Positions 38,022 through 47,943 of a DNA stretch of 64,000 nucleotides are shown in pieces. Below the pieces are notes generated by a model that saw only the letters and a list, made by a program, of their open reading frames with translations, ran no database searches and was not told the DNA's origin. This DNA is from an uncultured delta proteobacterium (GTDB lineage: Bacteria > Myxococcota_A > Polyangia > Polyangiales > B10-G4): assembly GCA_963727445.1 (NCBI GenBank), contig CAVSGI010000013.1, forward strand, positions 384,001 to 448,000, in the 5' to 3' direction. The position numbers and the translations under genes were made by a program. Every line of letters begins with the position of its first letter. The first letter of the stretch is position 1.

Positions 38022-39659
38022 ATGGATGACGACACGGATCTGAGCGGCACGCTGATCGGGGGCCGTTACCGGCTGCGAGTCCCGCTCGGCCGCGGCGGCA
38101 TGGGCACCGTTTACGGGGGCGTGCAGGAGGATCTCGGACGGCCGGTGGCCGTGAAGGTGATGCGGCCCAAGGCCATCGCGAGTCGCGACGGACTCGAGCG
38201 CTTCAGACGGGAGGCGTCGGCGACGGGCAGGCTCGGTCATCCCAACATCGTTCAGGTGACGGACTTTGGCACCTCGGACGACGGAGGAGCGTTCCTGGTC
38301 ATGGAGCTGCTCGACGGCCGGCCCCTCAGCGCCGTCCTGCGTGACGAGGCCCCGCTCGCACCCTCGCGCGTCGTCAACCTCGCGCGGCAGGTCTGCGCGG
38401 CGCTCGAGGCCGCGCACTCGGCGGGGGTGGTCCATCGCGATCTCAAGCCGCCCAACGTCTTCGTCGTACCCCTCGGCGGAGGTCAGGAGCTCGTCAAGCT
38501 ACTCGACTTCGGCGTGGCCAAGCTCGTCGGTGAGGGGGAGTGGACGCGTCTGACCGCCACCGGAGCGATCGTCGGCACGCCGGCCTACATGCCGCCGGAG
38601 CAGCTCATCGGTGGCGTCGTCGACGCGCGAGCCGACCTCTTCTCGCTCGGCGTCATCATGTACGAAGCGCTCGCCGGGCGACGTCTCTTCGGCACGCTCA
38701 GCGGTATCGAGCTGGCAGCGGCGATGCTCGACCGAACGCCGCGGCCTCTCGCAGAGCTGTGCCCGGACCTGCCGCCGGCGCTGGTGGCGTTGGTCGAACG
38801 GGCGATGGCGAAGGATCCGGCCGCGCGCTTCCAATCCGCTGCCGAGATGGCGAGCGCGATCGATGCACTTCGAATGAGCCCGGCGCCAGAACCGCCCGTG
38901 CCAGCGACGACCGCGACGGCGCCAGCGCACGCTCCTGTGTCGAGCACCAATGCGCCGCTTTCGGCGGCCCCGCGCACGGGCGCCTCTCGCACCCCGCTCG
39001 CGGCGCTCTTTGCTCTGCTCGTCGTCGTCTTGGCCGGGATCGGTGTCCTGATCTTCATGCGCATGCGCTCGGCGGACGCGCCCGCCGAGGCGAACGCAGA
39101 GCCCGCGGCGCAGGTCGCTGCGGTGGAGCCTGCCGCACCGGTCGCGCTGGAGCCGATGCCGCCTGCGAACGGTTCCATGCCGAGGCGAGAGGCCATCGCG
39201 GCATCGGACGAGCCGGAGGCGGAGGGCGCCGCGCCCGAGATGGCGGAGAGCGGTGCGATGATGTCTCGGCACGGGCGCCGCCCCACGCCGACGAGCCCGG
39301 CTCCATCCGCTCCCATGGCGAACGAGCCCTACGTCTTCATCCCCGAGTGGGACGTGCACGGAGCGTTTCACAACTTCGGTGACCCGATACAACCCGTACG
39401 CCACGGCATCGCCCGATGCCTGATGCGACGGGGGTATGTTCCGACCGAAGTGCGCGCGGACCAGCCACTGGCGTGCGTGGAGCTGGACGTGAGCGCCCAG
39501 GGAAACGCGACGGCCACCCGGCGAGTCGCGCGCGGGCGGCAGGACGCGACCCTCGAGGACTGCGTGAAGGACGTAGTGGAAATTCTGCAGCTGGGTCCGA
39601 CGCGTACCGGCGAGCCAGCCACCATCGACGTCTGCTTCAGCGTGCGCCCGGAGCTTTGA
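38022..39659 (+). CDS. membrane Ser/Thr kinase
   Basis: GRGGMG, HRDLKPPN, DFG, GTPAYMPPE; TM helix; C-terminal extracytoplasmic domain. Confidence 0.95.
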   Translation: MDDDTDLSGTLIGGRYRLRVPLGRGGMGTVYGGVQEDLGRPVAVKVMRPKAIASRDGLERFRREASATGRLGHPNIVQVTDFGTSDDGGAFLVMELLDGRPLSAVLRDEAPLAPSRVVNLARQVCAALEAAHSAGVVHRDLKPPNVFVVPLGGGQELVKLLDFGVAKLVGEGEWTRLTATGAIVGTPAYMPPEQLIGGVVDARADLFSLGVIMYEALAGRRLFGTLSGIELAAAMLDRTPRPLAELCPDLPPALVALVERAMAKDPAARFQSAAEMASAIDALRMSPAPEPPVPATTATAPAHAPVSSTNAPLSAAPRTGASRTPLAALFALLVVVLAGIGVLIFMRMRSADAPAEANAEPAAQVAAVEPAAPVALEPMPPANGSMPRREAIAASDEPEAEGAAPEMAESGAMMSRHGRRPTPTSPAPSAPMANEPYVFIPEWDVHGAFHNFGDPIQPVRHGIARCLMRRGYVPTEVRADQPLACVELDVSAQGNATATRRVARGRQDATLEDCVKDVVEILQLGPTRTGEPATIDVCFSVRPEL

Positions 39660-39723
39660 GCTCCGGGGTCGCGAGAACCGCGACCTCACAGCGGCCCGCG
39701 ATGAGGCTACACTGCCCGCGCTG

Positions 39724-40860
39724 ATGCGCTTCATCGGGCCTTACGAGATCGTCGAGAAGATCGGTGAAGGGGGCATGGCCGAGGTCTTTCTCGCGGTGCG
39801 CCGCCGAGACGCCGGCTTCGTCCAGAAGGTGGCGCTCAAGCGCATCCACCCCCGCTACCAGGGAGACGCGGTCCTCAGGGAACGCTTCGTCACCGAGGCC
39901 CGGACCAACGCGCGCCTGAGGCACCCCAACATCGTCGACGCGATCGACTTCGGGACCAAGCCCGAGCCCTTCCTCGCCCTCGAGTACGTGGAGGGGGTGA
40001 CGGTGGGCGAGCTCATGTACCGCATGTACCAGCTGCGCCAGCGCCTCGATCCGTCGACGGCGATGTTCATCGCGACCGGCGCGGCCCAGGCGCTCGCCTA
40101 TGCGCACAAGCTGCGCGGCGACGACGGCACACCGCTCGGCATCGTGCATCGCGACGTCTCTCCGGCGAACGTGCTGCTCTCCATGGACGGCACGCCCTAC
40201 GTGATGGACTTCGGCCTGGTGCAGGTGGCCGACAACCTGCTCGAGACGCACGGCGCGATCGCGGTCGGCACCTTCTGTTACATGGCGCCCGAGCAGCTCG
40301 CGGGCGGCCACGTGGACGCGCGCGCGGACATCTTCGCCCTCGGCGTCATGCTCTGGGAGATGCTGACCACGCGGCGCCTGATCAGCTCGAACGATCCGCA
40401 CGAGGTGCACGCGTTTCACCAGAAGGGCGAGATCGAATCGCCGGACAAGCTGAACCCCGAGGTGCCGCGCGACCTCGCGGAGCTGACGCTCCGCTGCCTG
40501 CACCCGGATCCCGACGAGCGCCCGCCTTCGGCAGAGGCGGTGTCGGTGGCGCTCCAGCGAATCGCGCACGAACGCGCGCCCGGCTACGGCCGCGAGCAGC
40601 TGGCGAAGACCATCACCTGGGCGTTCCCCGAGCGGGAGTGGTCGCGTGAGCCCCCGAACCTTCCGGCCGAGCAGCCCGATCCGGAAGATCGCGCGCGCCT
40701 CGCGCACGAGGAGAAGAAGCGCAACGCCGATCACACGGCGCGGCTCGAAGCGCAGCGCGCCGGACAGACGCTGCTCTCCGTCGCGGCGGTGGCGACGCTG
40801 GTGGGCGTCACGGCGGTCGTCGCCTTTGCGGTGGGGCTGCTCCTCGGGCTCTGGCTCTGA
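39724..40860 (+). CDS. Ser/Thr kinase with a C-terminal membrane anchor
   Basis: GEGGMA, HRDVSPAN, DFG, YMAPE. Confidence 0.95.
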   Translation: MRFIGPYEIVEKIGEGGMAEVFLAVRRRDAGFVQKVALKRIHPRYQGDAVLRERFVTEARTNARLRHPNIVDAIDFGTKPEPFLALEYVEGVTVGELMYRMYQLRQRLDPSTAMFIATGAAQALAYAHKLRGDDGTPLGIVHRDVSPANVLLSMDGTPYVMDFGLVQVADNLLETHGAIAVGTFCYMAPEQLAGGHVDARADIFALGVMLWEMLTTRRLISSNDPHEVHAFHQKGEIESPDKLNPEVPRDLAELTLRCLHPDPDERPPSAEAVSVALQRIAHERAPGYGREQLAKTITWAFPEREWSREPPNLPAEQPDPEDRARLAHEEKKRNADHTARLEAQRAGQTLLSVAAVATLVGVTAVVAFAVGLLLGLWL

Positions 40861-40869
40861 GGCGTGTGC

Positions 40870-41417
40870 TCAGCGGCCGCGCGCTTCGCCGAGGAGCAGG
40901 TCGTAAGCGTGGGCCGCGTCGGCGAGCTCCACCTCGAGCGTGCCGAGCCAGATGCGATCTCCCACCGCGAGCGTGACCCGTTCGCCGGGCGAGAGCTGTT
41001 TGTGATTGACCGAGGTGCCGTTGGCAGCGCGCTGATCGACCAGCTCGATGGTCTCGTCGTCCTCGTCGGGAACGAAGTGGGCGTGGAGCTTGGAGATGAA
41101 GGGCAGCCGGATGCTGATGTCGCAGTTGGGGGCGCGACCCACGCTGATGCGTTCGGGGAAGGGGTTGCCTTCCTTCTTGGCGATGCGAACGATGCGCCAC
41201 TCCCAGGCAAAGCTCTCGTCGGTCGCAGAACCGGTGGGGTTGGCGGGGGCCGCCGAGACGGTCTCGAAGTCGATGGGGGGATCGGAGCCGTAGTCCTTCC
41301 GGGTCGTGGGGGAGAGATCTCCGGCCGCTTGATCAGGAAGAAGCCCTTGTTCTCCTCGATGAACTTGTGGCGTGGCAAACGAATCGCCTCGAGTTGCCAC
41401 CGTTCGATAGGCTCCAC
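40870..41417 (-). CDS. FHA domain protein; frameshift near 41310
   Basis: VGRAPNCD, ISKLHA, ANGT; N-terminal MEPIERW... lies in another frame, junction at the G5 run 41308-41312. Confidence 0.78.
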
Positions 41418-41513
41418 TTCCTCCCGATTCTAACGCGAAGGTGCCGCTCCTGAGACCCCTCGATTTGGAGCCGTACAGGGAGATCGGGACGGTTTTCGAC
41501 GTATCAGGCGGCG

Positions 41514-41933
41514 ATGGAGGAGGAAGCCGGAGATCGGATCTCGGGGGACGCGGCCTTCGACGCGCGCGCCTTCGGCGCCCTCGAACACGCGATGCAGTGC
41601 CTGAGCGGCGTGGCGACCGAGGGGCCTCTCCTGCCATTTGCGATGATCGTCGACGGGGGTGAGCGATCCGTCCGCCACTTCAACGCCCCGGGCTACGAGC
41701 AGACCCTCGATGGGGCGCTGGCCTTCGCCAGCTCGGGCGATTACGAGTTCTGGGCGGTGGCTTGGGATGGCTACGTCACGGTACAGAGCCACCGGACCGA
41801 GGCGGTCTTCGTGCGGGCTGGCGGGGCCGAGCTCGACGAGAGCCTGCTCTTCGCCTGGCCCTACGAGCGGGTGCTGCCCAAGGGCGAGGTGCGCGCCCTC
41901 GGCAACCCGATCTTTCTGGGCCGAAGCGAGTAG
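41514..41933 (+). CDS. hypothetical protein
   Basis: 139-aa ORF with globular-looking composition. Confidence 0.65.
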   Translation: MEEEAGDRISGDAAFDARAFGALEHAMQCLSGVATEGPLLPFAMIVDGGERSVRHFNAPGYEQTLDGALAFASSGDYEFWAVAWDGYVTVQSHRTEAVFVRAGGAELDESLLFAWPYERVLPKGEVRALGNPIFLGRSE

Positions 41934-41935
41934 CC

Positions 41936-42184
41936 TCAGGCCGCTGCGCTGGCGGTTGCCCGAGCCGCCGCGAAGGCCGCGGCCACGGCCAGGCCCGCCA
42001 TCGTCAGCCGCGCCTGCGCTGCGTCGACGAGGCCGCGAGACTCGAGATGGATGAGGGCGTGCGCCACCTCGGTGGGGCGGGCCCCGATCCGGCGGGCGAT
42101 CGCCGAGGCGTCGACCCGAAGGTTTTCGCTGTGGAGAAGGTAGAGGGTATCGAGGGTGCCGAGGACCAGAGTTTCGTGCGTCAT
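41936..42184 (-). CDS. small winged-helix protein
   Basis: AIARRIG....VAHALIHLESRGLV...RLTMAG. Confidence 0.7.
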   Translation of the reverse strand: MTHETLVLGTLDTLYLLHSENLRVDASAIARRIGARPTEVAHALIHLESRGLVDAAQARLTMAGLAVAAAFAAARATASAAA

Positions 42185-42314
42185 GGGCCCATCCTAGGCA
42201 CTACTGTTCACGCGTCCAGTTTTTGACGTTCAGTGATGAACGATCTGTCAGGAAGACTCCAGTTCATCAATGATTTCAGTTGCGGGGTTGGCGACGCATC
42301 CCTATGAGGGGCGG

Positions 42315-42797
42315 ATGAGTGACGAAAACTTGCCCCCCTGCGGGCTCTACCGAACCCGCCGCGAAGTGGCGGGCGTCCCCGCAGGTCGCCTGGTCTACTT
42401 CCACAATCACGGCGACCCCGGCCCCGGCATCTATCTGCCCGCGGCCTGGAAGGCGAATCGGGCTCAGTGGCATGGCCACGGCCACACCCTCGCGAGCCCC
42501 GAGGACGCCGCCGCCCTCGAGCCCCTCGCCGTCGAAGGCTTCTATCGCGTCGTGGACGCCTTCCATTGCTGCGAGAAGAAGTGCCGCCTCTTCGAGGCCG
42601 GCACCCTCGTCCAGCTCGGCTACAACGGCGCCGCCGACCCGCTCCTCTTCGTCCCCGAGCTCGTCGACACGGGCCTGTCGATCCCCGAACGCGGCACCCG
42701 CGTCGACCGCGAAGCGATCGCCAAGCTCGAGCTCCTGAAGGTCGCCCGCCCCCAGCCCAATGAAGGAGGACCGGCCCCAGGCGAAACCCTCCACTGA
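42315..42797 (+). CDS. hypothetical protein
   Basis: LVYFHNHGDPGPG, CCEKKC, LVQLGYNG; GAGGGG upstream of the ATG. Confidence 0.8.
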   Translation: MSDENLPPCGLYRTRREVAGVPAGRLVYFHNHGDPGPGIYLPAAWKANRAQWHGHGHTLASPEDAAALEPLAVEGFYRVVDAFHCCEKKCRLFEAGTLVQLGYNGAADPLLFVPELVDTGLSIPERGTRVDREAIAKLELLKVARPQPNEGGPAPGETLH

Positions 42798-42800
42798 AAC

Positions 42801-42956
42801 GGGGACGGTCTACACTTTTCAACTTCCCCCCCTCACCTCCGCAAGACGGGGACGGTCTACACTTTTCAACTTTCTGCTCCCTCCGGGACGAAAGTTGAAA
42901 AGTGTAGACCGTCCCCCAGGAGGGGGGACGAAAGTTGAAAAGTGTAGACCGTCCCC
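42801..42956. repeat. REP/BIME-like cluster of four 25-bp copies (two direct, two inverted)
   Basis: GGGGACGGTCTACACTTTTCAACTT at 42801 and 42848; reverse complement at 42892 and 42932; between convergent stops. Confidence 0.9.
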
Positions 42957-42957
42957 G

Positions 42958-45900
42958 TTAGAGCGTGACTTCGACGATGATGAACTTGTTGCAGAGGCGC
43001 TTGTCGGTGACTTCGCGGATCTCTCGCGAGCCCATGAGGCCGCGGAAGCTGCCCATGCGGGTGTGCTCGAGGACGAAGAAGGTTCGCTCGCCAGCGTGCT
43101 CGTTGATGTATTCGCGCACCTTGACGTTGTCGAGGTCGACGAAAACGTAGACGCGGTTCGCCGTATAGAAGTTCTCGCCCTTCCAGTTCATCTGCCAGGC
43201 GAGGAGGTGCTCGTCCGGGCTCTCGCGCGCGTCGTAGTAGCTGTAGATCAGCTCGCGCATGCCCCAGTGCGGGGAGAGGTCGACCATGTAGATGTTGAGC
43301 ACCCAGGCCGAGAAGAGGATCGACGAGACCAGGAGCGCGCGCGTCGCGATCGGGCGCAGCCGCACGAAGATCGCTGCCGCGATCAGGAACGACATCACCA
43401 ACCCGAAGGCGGTGAAGGCCGGGCGATAGTCGAACTGATCCGGCCAGGGGCGACTGTAGTTGTAGACGAAGAGGTGGATCAACCGCTCGAAGCCGTGCGG
43501 CCGCGCATCGGTGATCCACGACAGGTCCCGCGCGACGAAGGCCACCAGCACCGCGCCCGCCGTCAGGAGCGCCGCGAGAGGCGCGTACTCGAGCGGCTCC
43601 TTCTTCTTCGCCCCGCCACTGCGCGAGAAGATGACCCAGGTGAAGGCGAGCCCCGCCACGCCCGCCGCGATCAGCGCCCAACACGTCGCGGGATTCCAGG
43701 CGTGCTGCGTCACCCACTCCGCGCGGTCGGCCTGCTCGACGCCCAGCGGAACGATCCCGCGCGGATCGCCCCAGAGGCCGGCGACGCCGAGAAGAGCGAG
43801 GCCCGTGCCCACCGCGATCAGCGCCCAGGACGCGAGCGAATTCCTGCCCTCGGGGGCGACCTTGCCGAAGAGCCTGTCGAGCAGGATGCCGGTCGCGAGA
43901 CCCGCCGATGGCACCACCGGGAAGATGTAGTGGTGGAACTTCGTGATCATCGCGCTGAAGAGCGTGAAGGCCGCGGCGAACCACACGGTGAGCACGATGA
44001 GGACCTGCTGTTGCCGGTCGGCTTCCTGTGAGCTGTCCGGAGTACGCATGGCGCGATAAGGCCCGCCGCCCGGATCGAGCGGCGCCGCCGACGCATAGCG
44101 ATTCCAGATGAAGAGCGTGAGCGCCGCCGGAACCAACGCGACCCACGGGAACATCCCGAAGCCGAGCTGCTCGATGAAGTACTGGATGGTCCCGGTGTCG
44201 CCGTGGACGCCCGCGGCGAGACGGTTGATGTGGTCGTGGATGAGGAGCCGGTCGGTGAAGGGCGGTCCATGCCGGATGAACATCGCCACGAACCACGAGG
44301 CGCCGGTCACCATCACCGTGAGCGCGCCCGCCGCGACCTTCAGGTGTCCGTCGAAGAGCAGGTACCAGCGCTTCGACGCGATCAGATAGAAGAGCGCGAT
44401 CATCCCGGGCAGCGCAAAGCCGGGGATGCCCTTCCCCATGAACGCCAGGCCGCAGAAGATGTAGAAGGCGAACATGAAGAGGCCGCGGGCGCGGCGCTCG
44501 TTGCGGATCATGTGGATGAGCCACACCAGCCCAGCGCCCCAGAAGGCGGCCTGGCCCATCGGCTCGAGGAGCGGCAGGTCGAAGCTGCCTGTGGTCGCGC
44601 GCACCACGCCCACGAAAGCGCCGATGCCGACGATGCCGCCGCCGAGGGTGATGAGCGCGGGCTTCCTGCCGCGCAGCCACCAGATCAGCCCGACCGCGAT
44701 CAGCAGGATGAGCCCGAGCAGCACGAGCCCGGTAGCCAGCGAGACGTCCGCCACGTAGGGGACGACGTCACGCGCCGGCGCGTTGCCCGGGACGTGGCTG
44801 TTGCCCGCGCTCCCGAACATGAACTGATCGCCGTGCCACGCGAAGGCGGGGCCGTCGGTGAAGGAGATGTTGCGCGACGCCAGGTAGAGGACCTGCGGCG
44901 TCACCAGCATGAACAGGAGCACCAGCACCGCGTGTCGCGCCGACAGCACGATGCGGCCGACGCGATAGAGCTGGACCTCGCGCTCGGGGTCCGCGGTGAT
45001 GGCGAGCATCATGAAGGCGATCGCCGTCGTCATGTTGGAGACGAGCGGCATGTCGGTGATCGCCTGGTGGGCGAGGAAGAAGAACTGAGGCATCGTCCCG
45101 AGGACGAGGGCCGAGAGGAGCCCGGCGCGCTTGCCGAAGCTGCGGCTCACCGCGAAGTACGAGGTGATCAGCGCAACCAGCGACATCGCGATGATCGGGA
45201 GCCTGAGGGCCCACTCCGCGTGGAACATCTGGGAATCGGGGTGGTAGTCGATCCCCAGCGAGCCCATGGAGAGCGCGTCGCTCCAGAAGATCAGGATCGG
45301 CTTCGACCAGAACCAGTTCTCCTGGCACCACCAGAGGCTGATCCAGTCGTCGCGCGCGAGGATCTCGCGAGACACCTCGCCGTAGTGCGTCTCCCAGGGA
45401 TCCCAGAGGCTGAAGGTGCCCGCGAGGGGCACGTAGATCAGCCCGATGATGATGAAGATCGCGAGTGGCGGGCGCTTGAACGCCGACGGCACCAGCAGGA
45501 GGAAGAAGGCGACGAGGACGTAGGGCAGCCCGTCCCACCCCGCGATCGGGGCGCCGGCGAAGAGCGTGACCAATGCCGCAGGCACGGTGACCTTTGGCGC
45601 GGCCCACCACGGCTCACCCTCTTGCTGACCCCACGCCGTCTGCATGAGCGGGATCGCATTGGGCGCCTTCATGGTCAGAAGACCGAGGAAGTCCAGGAGC
45701 CCGAAGGCACCGACGAGCAGCGCGAGGAAGCCCCAGATCGGACCGCGCGGGAGCTGGTCCGTGTTGGCCATCATCAGGAAGGTGGCCAGGAGCGAGCCCG
45801 CGAGGATCAGGCCGCCGCGGAGGCGGTGTGGGCCGATGGGCGTCTCGTCGTCGCGCGAGGTTGGCTTGGGAGGTGGAGCGCTGGACTTTCCGCCCGCGGC

Positions 45901-46266
45901 AGAAGCCGAGTCCGCGTCGTCGTCCGAGTCCGCGCCGGAAGCCGAAGCCGAGTCCGAGTCGTCGTCCGAGTCCGCGCCGGAAGCCGAAGCCGAGTCCGAG
46001 TCGTCCTCTTCCTCGTCCTCGTCCTCGTCCTCTTCCTCGTCGTCCTCTTCCTCGTCGTCCTCTTCCTGGTCCTCTTCCTCGTCGTCCTCGTGGTCGTCGC
46101 CAGAGCCCGACTCTCCGTCCGAATCGGTCTCCTCTTCGTCCGAGACCTCGGCGCCAGAGTCCTCGTCCTCTGCGGACTTCGAGCCCTCGGCCTTCACCGT
46201 CTGCTCGGTCCCGTCGGCGGCGTTTTCGGTCTCTTCCGCCTCGTCGCTTTTCTTCTCGTCGGACAC
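42958..46266 (-). CDS. ArnT/PMT-like (GT-C) glycosyltransferase with a long acidic N-terminal tail
   Basis: WDPWETHY, WSKP, ITDMP, KG...P, TKFHHYIFP; many TM helices. Confidence 0.88.
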   Translation of the reverse strand: MSDEKKSDEAEETENAADGTEQTVKAEGSKSAEDEDSGAEVSDEEETDSDGESGSGDDHEDDEEEDQEEDDEEEDDEEEDEDEDEEEDDSDSASASGADSDDDSDSASASGADSDDDADSASAAGGKSSAPPPKPTSRDDETPIGPHRLRGGLILAGSLLATFLMMANTDQLPRGPIWGFLALLVGAFGLLDFLGLLTMKAPNAIPLMQTAWGQQEGEPWWAAPKVTVPAALVTLFAGAPIAGWDGLPYVLVAFFLLLVPSAFKRPPLAIFIIIGLIYVPLAGTFSLWDPWETHYGEVSREILARDDWISLWWCQENWFWSKPILIFWSDALSMGSLGIDYHPDSQMFHAEWALRLPIIAMSLVALITSYFAVSRSFGKRAGLLSALVLGTMPQFFFLAHQAITDMPLVSNMTTAIAFMMLAITADPEREVQLYRVGRIVLSARHAVLVLLFMLVTPQVLYLASRNISFTDGPAFAWHGDQFMFGSAGNSHVPGNAPARDVVPYVADVSLATGLVLLGLILLIAVGLIWWLRGRKPALITLGGGIVGIGAFVGVVRATTGSFDLPLLEPMGQAAFWGAGLVWLIHMIRNERRARGLFMFAFYIFCGLAFMGKGIPGFALPGMIALFYLIASKRWYLLFDGHLKVAAGALTVMVTGASWFVAMFIRHGPPFTDRLLIHDHINRLAAGVHGDTGTIQYFIEQLGFGMFPWVALVPAALTLFIWNRYASAAPLDPGGGPYRAMRTPDSSQEADRQQQVLIVLTVWFAAAFTLFSAMITKFHHYIFPVVPSAGLATGILLDRLFGKVAPEGRNSLASWALIAVGTGLALLGVAGLWGDPRGIVPLGVEQADRAEWVTQHAWNPATCWALIAAGVAGLAFTWVIFSRSGGAKKKEPLEYAPLAALLTAGAVLVAFVARDLSWITDARPHGFERLIHLFVYNYSRPWPDQFDYRPAFTAFGLVMSFLIAAAIFVRLRPIATRALLVSSILFSAWVLNIYMVDLSPHWGMRELIYSYYDARESPDEHLLAWQMNWKGENFYTANRVYVFVDLDNVKVREYINEHAGERTFFVLEHTRMGSFRGLMGSREIREVTDKRLCNKFIIVEVTL
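45903..46090. repeat. in-frame tandem repeats encoding DSASASGADSDDD and poly-D/E
   Basis: 39-bp unit present twice, followed by (TCCTCG/TCGTCC)-type runs. Confidence 0.75.
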
Positions 46267-46353
46267 GGCCTATTCAGTCAAGCGGCGGGAGCATAATGGC
46301 TGGGGCGGATCCGGTCCAGCCGGCCCATCATGCGGCTCTCGGGAGGGTGAATC

Positions 46354-46698
46354 GTGGGAAAGAAACAGCAGAGCTCGACGATCGAAAATCGCGTCTATCT
46401 CTTCGCAGACCTGGCCTCGGCGTTCCTCGAGGACAACGGCGCCACGCTGGTGGGGACCGACGCGCAGCGAGACAAGGCCATGCGGGCCCTGGGGGACCTG
46501 GCCCACGCGGCCTGCGTCGTCGCCGACCACGCGCATGTCGACGGCCGCAGGGTCGGTGACATGGTGGCCCGCGGCCACCGCCACGGCGCCACCGCCGCCC
46601 CGGCCAAGAAGGCCGCGGCGAAGACGGGGAGCGCCAAGAGCAGCAAGAAGCAGAGCGCCAAGAAGAAGAGCAAGGGCGCGACGAAGAAGAAGCGCTGA
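46354..46698 (+). CDS. small protein with a Lys/Ala-rich, histone-H1-like tail
   Basis: C-terminal PAKKAAAKTGSAKSSKKQSAKKKSKGATKKKR. Confidence 0.75.
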   Translation: MGKKQQSSTIENRVYLFADLASAFLEDNGATLVGTDAQRDKAMRALGDLAHAACVVADHAHVDGRRVGDMVARGHRHGATAAPAKKAAAKTGSAKSSKKQSAKKKSKGATKKKR

Positions 46699-46752
46699 GA
46701 CGCCGGGGGCGCCGGGGTGGCCACCGGGCTGCCTCGGCCCCATGATGGTCGC

Positions 46753-47218
46753 GTGACCGAGCCGCGCGGCGACTTCTGCCCGGTGCGCCCCTACGAGGCC
46801 ACGACCGACGCACACGCGGCGGAGGTGCTGCGAAGCGTGCACACCATCGCGGTGATCGGTGCGCACGCGCAGGCCGCGCGCGCGGCGCATTACGTCCCCG
46901 CCTACATGGCGAGCCAGGGCTATCGCATCCTCCCGGTCAATCCGGACTTCGAAGGGCGCGCGCTCTTCGGCGAGCCGGCGGTGGCGCGCCTCGGGGATCT
47001 CGACGAGCCGGTCGACATGGTGAACGTCTTCCGCCGGAGCGACGCCGTGATCGATCACGTGGACGAGGTGCTGGCGATGCGCCCGCTTCCCCGCGTCGTG
47101 TGGCTGCAGTCGGGCATCCGCAACGACGAAGCGGCGGAGCGACTCGCCGAAAGCGGGCATCGACGTGATCCAGGATCGCTGCGCCCTCGCCGATCACCGG
47201 CGCCTGGTCGCGCGCTAG
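46753..47218 (+). CDS. CoA-binding domain protein (YccU-like); extra base near 47151
   Basis: IAVIGA, PVNP, VDMVNVFRRS, WLQSGI; corrected end AGIDVIQDRC...*. Confidence 0.85.
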
Positions 47219-47275
47219 ACGCGGGGCCGCAAGGTCGGGGTCCACGGGGCCGTTGGATGCAGTCATGTTGGGCCA

Positions 47276-47943
47276 GTGGAGCCACATCCTGCCGTTGCTC
47301 CACGCGGGGTGCTCTCGAGAGGTGATGGAGAGGCCATTAGCGGTGGCATCGACCCGAGCGGTGCGATCGTCGCCGGGGGCGCGACGGTCATCGCCGGTGT
47401 GGCTCTGGCGATCTTCCTCCGACGAATTGGCGGGACCTTTCGCTCGCGGAAACGCGCCTGGGCAGTGCTCGGCCTCGCCGTCGTCGCGTTGGTCCTCGGC
47501 GCCCTCCAGGAAGAGGCCATGTTCCGGGCCTACTTCATCACGGAGCTGACACCCCTCCTCGGAGCCAACGGCGCCGTCGCCATCTCCGCCCTCGCCTTCA
47601 CCGCCATCCACCTTCCCACGAGCAAGGTCGACCGTTGGGCGTTGTTCAACTGGGCCGTGGGCGGGGTCGTCCTCGGCGTTCTCTATTCGCTGACACGTTC
47701 GATCTGGGTCGTGACGCTCGTGCACCTCGCCCGCAACGTGGGCAACCTCTTCGGGTTGGTGGAGCTGCTGGCCTCGGGCTCTTCACGCCGGCAACAGCGA
47801 TCGGAGCGAGGACGCGGACGACCTTCTACGTCGTCGTCGCCGTACTGCAGCTCGGTCTCGCCGGCGTGGTCTACCGCTCGTGCGCGCCCATGTCCCAACC
47901 CGCCCCCTGGGGCCTCGACACGCCGTCCACGTCGACGTCGTAG
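47276..47943 (+). CDS. CPBP/Abi family intramembrane protease; frameshift near 47760
   Basis: EEAMFR, FTAIH, HLARN motifs; last TM helix lies in another frame. Confidence 0.7.

Noticed and set aside
41514..42184. Toxin-antitoxin or immunity pair
   Set aside because: The genes are convergent and I recognise no toxin motif.
42801..42956. CRISPR array or IS terminal inverted repeats
   Set aside because: Mixed orientation, irregular short spacing and no enclosed transposase.
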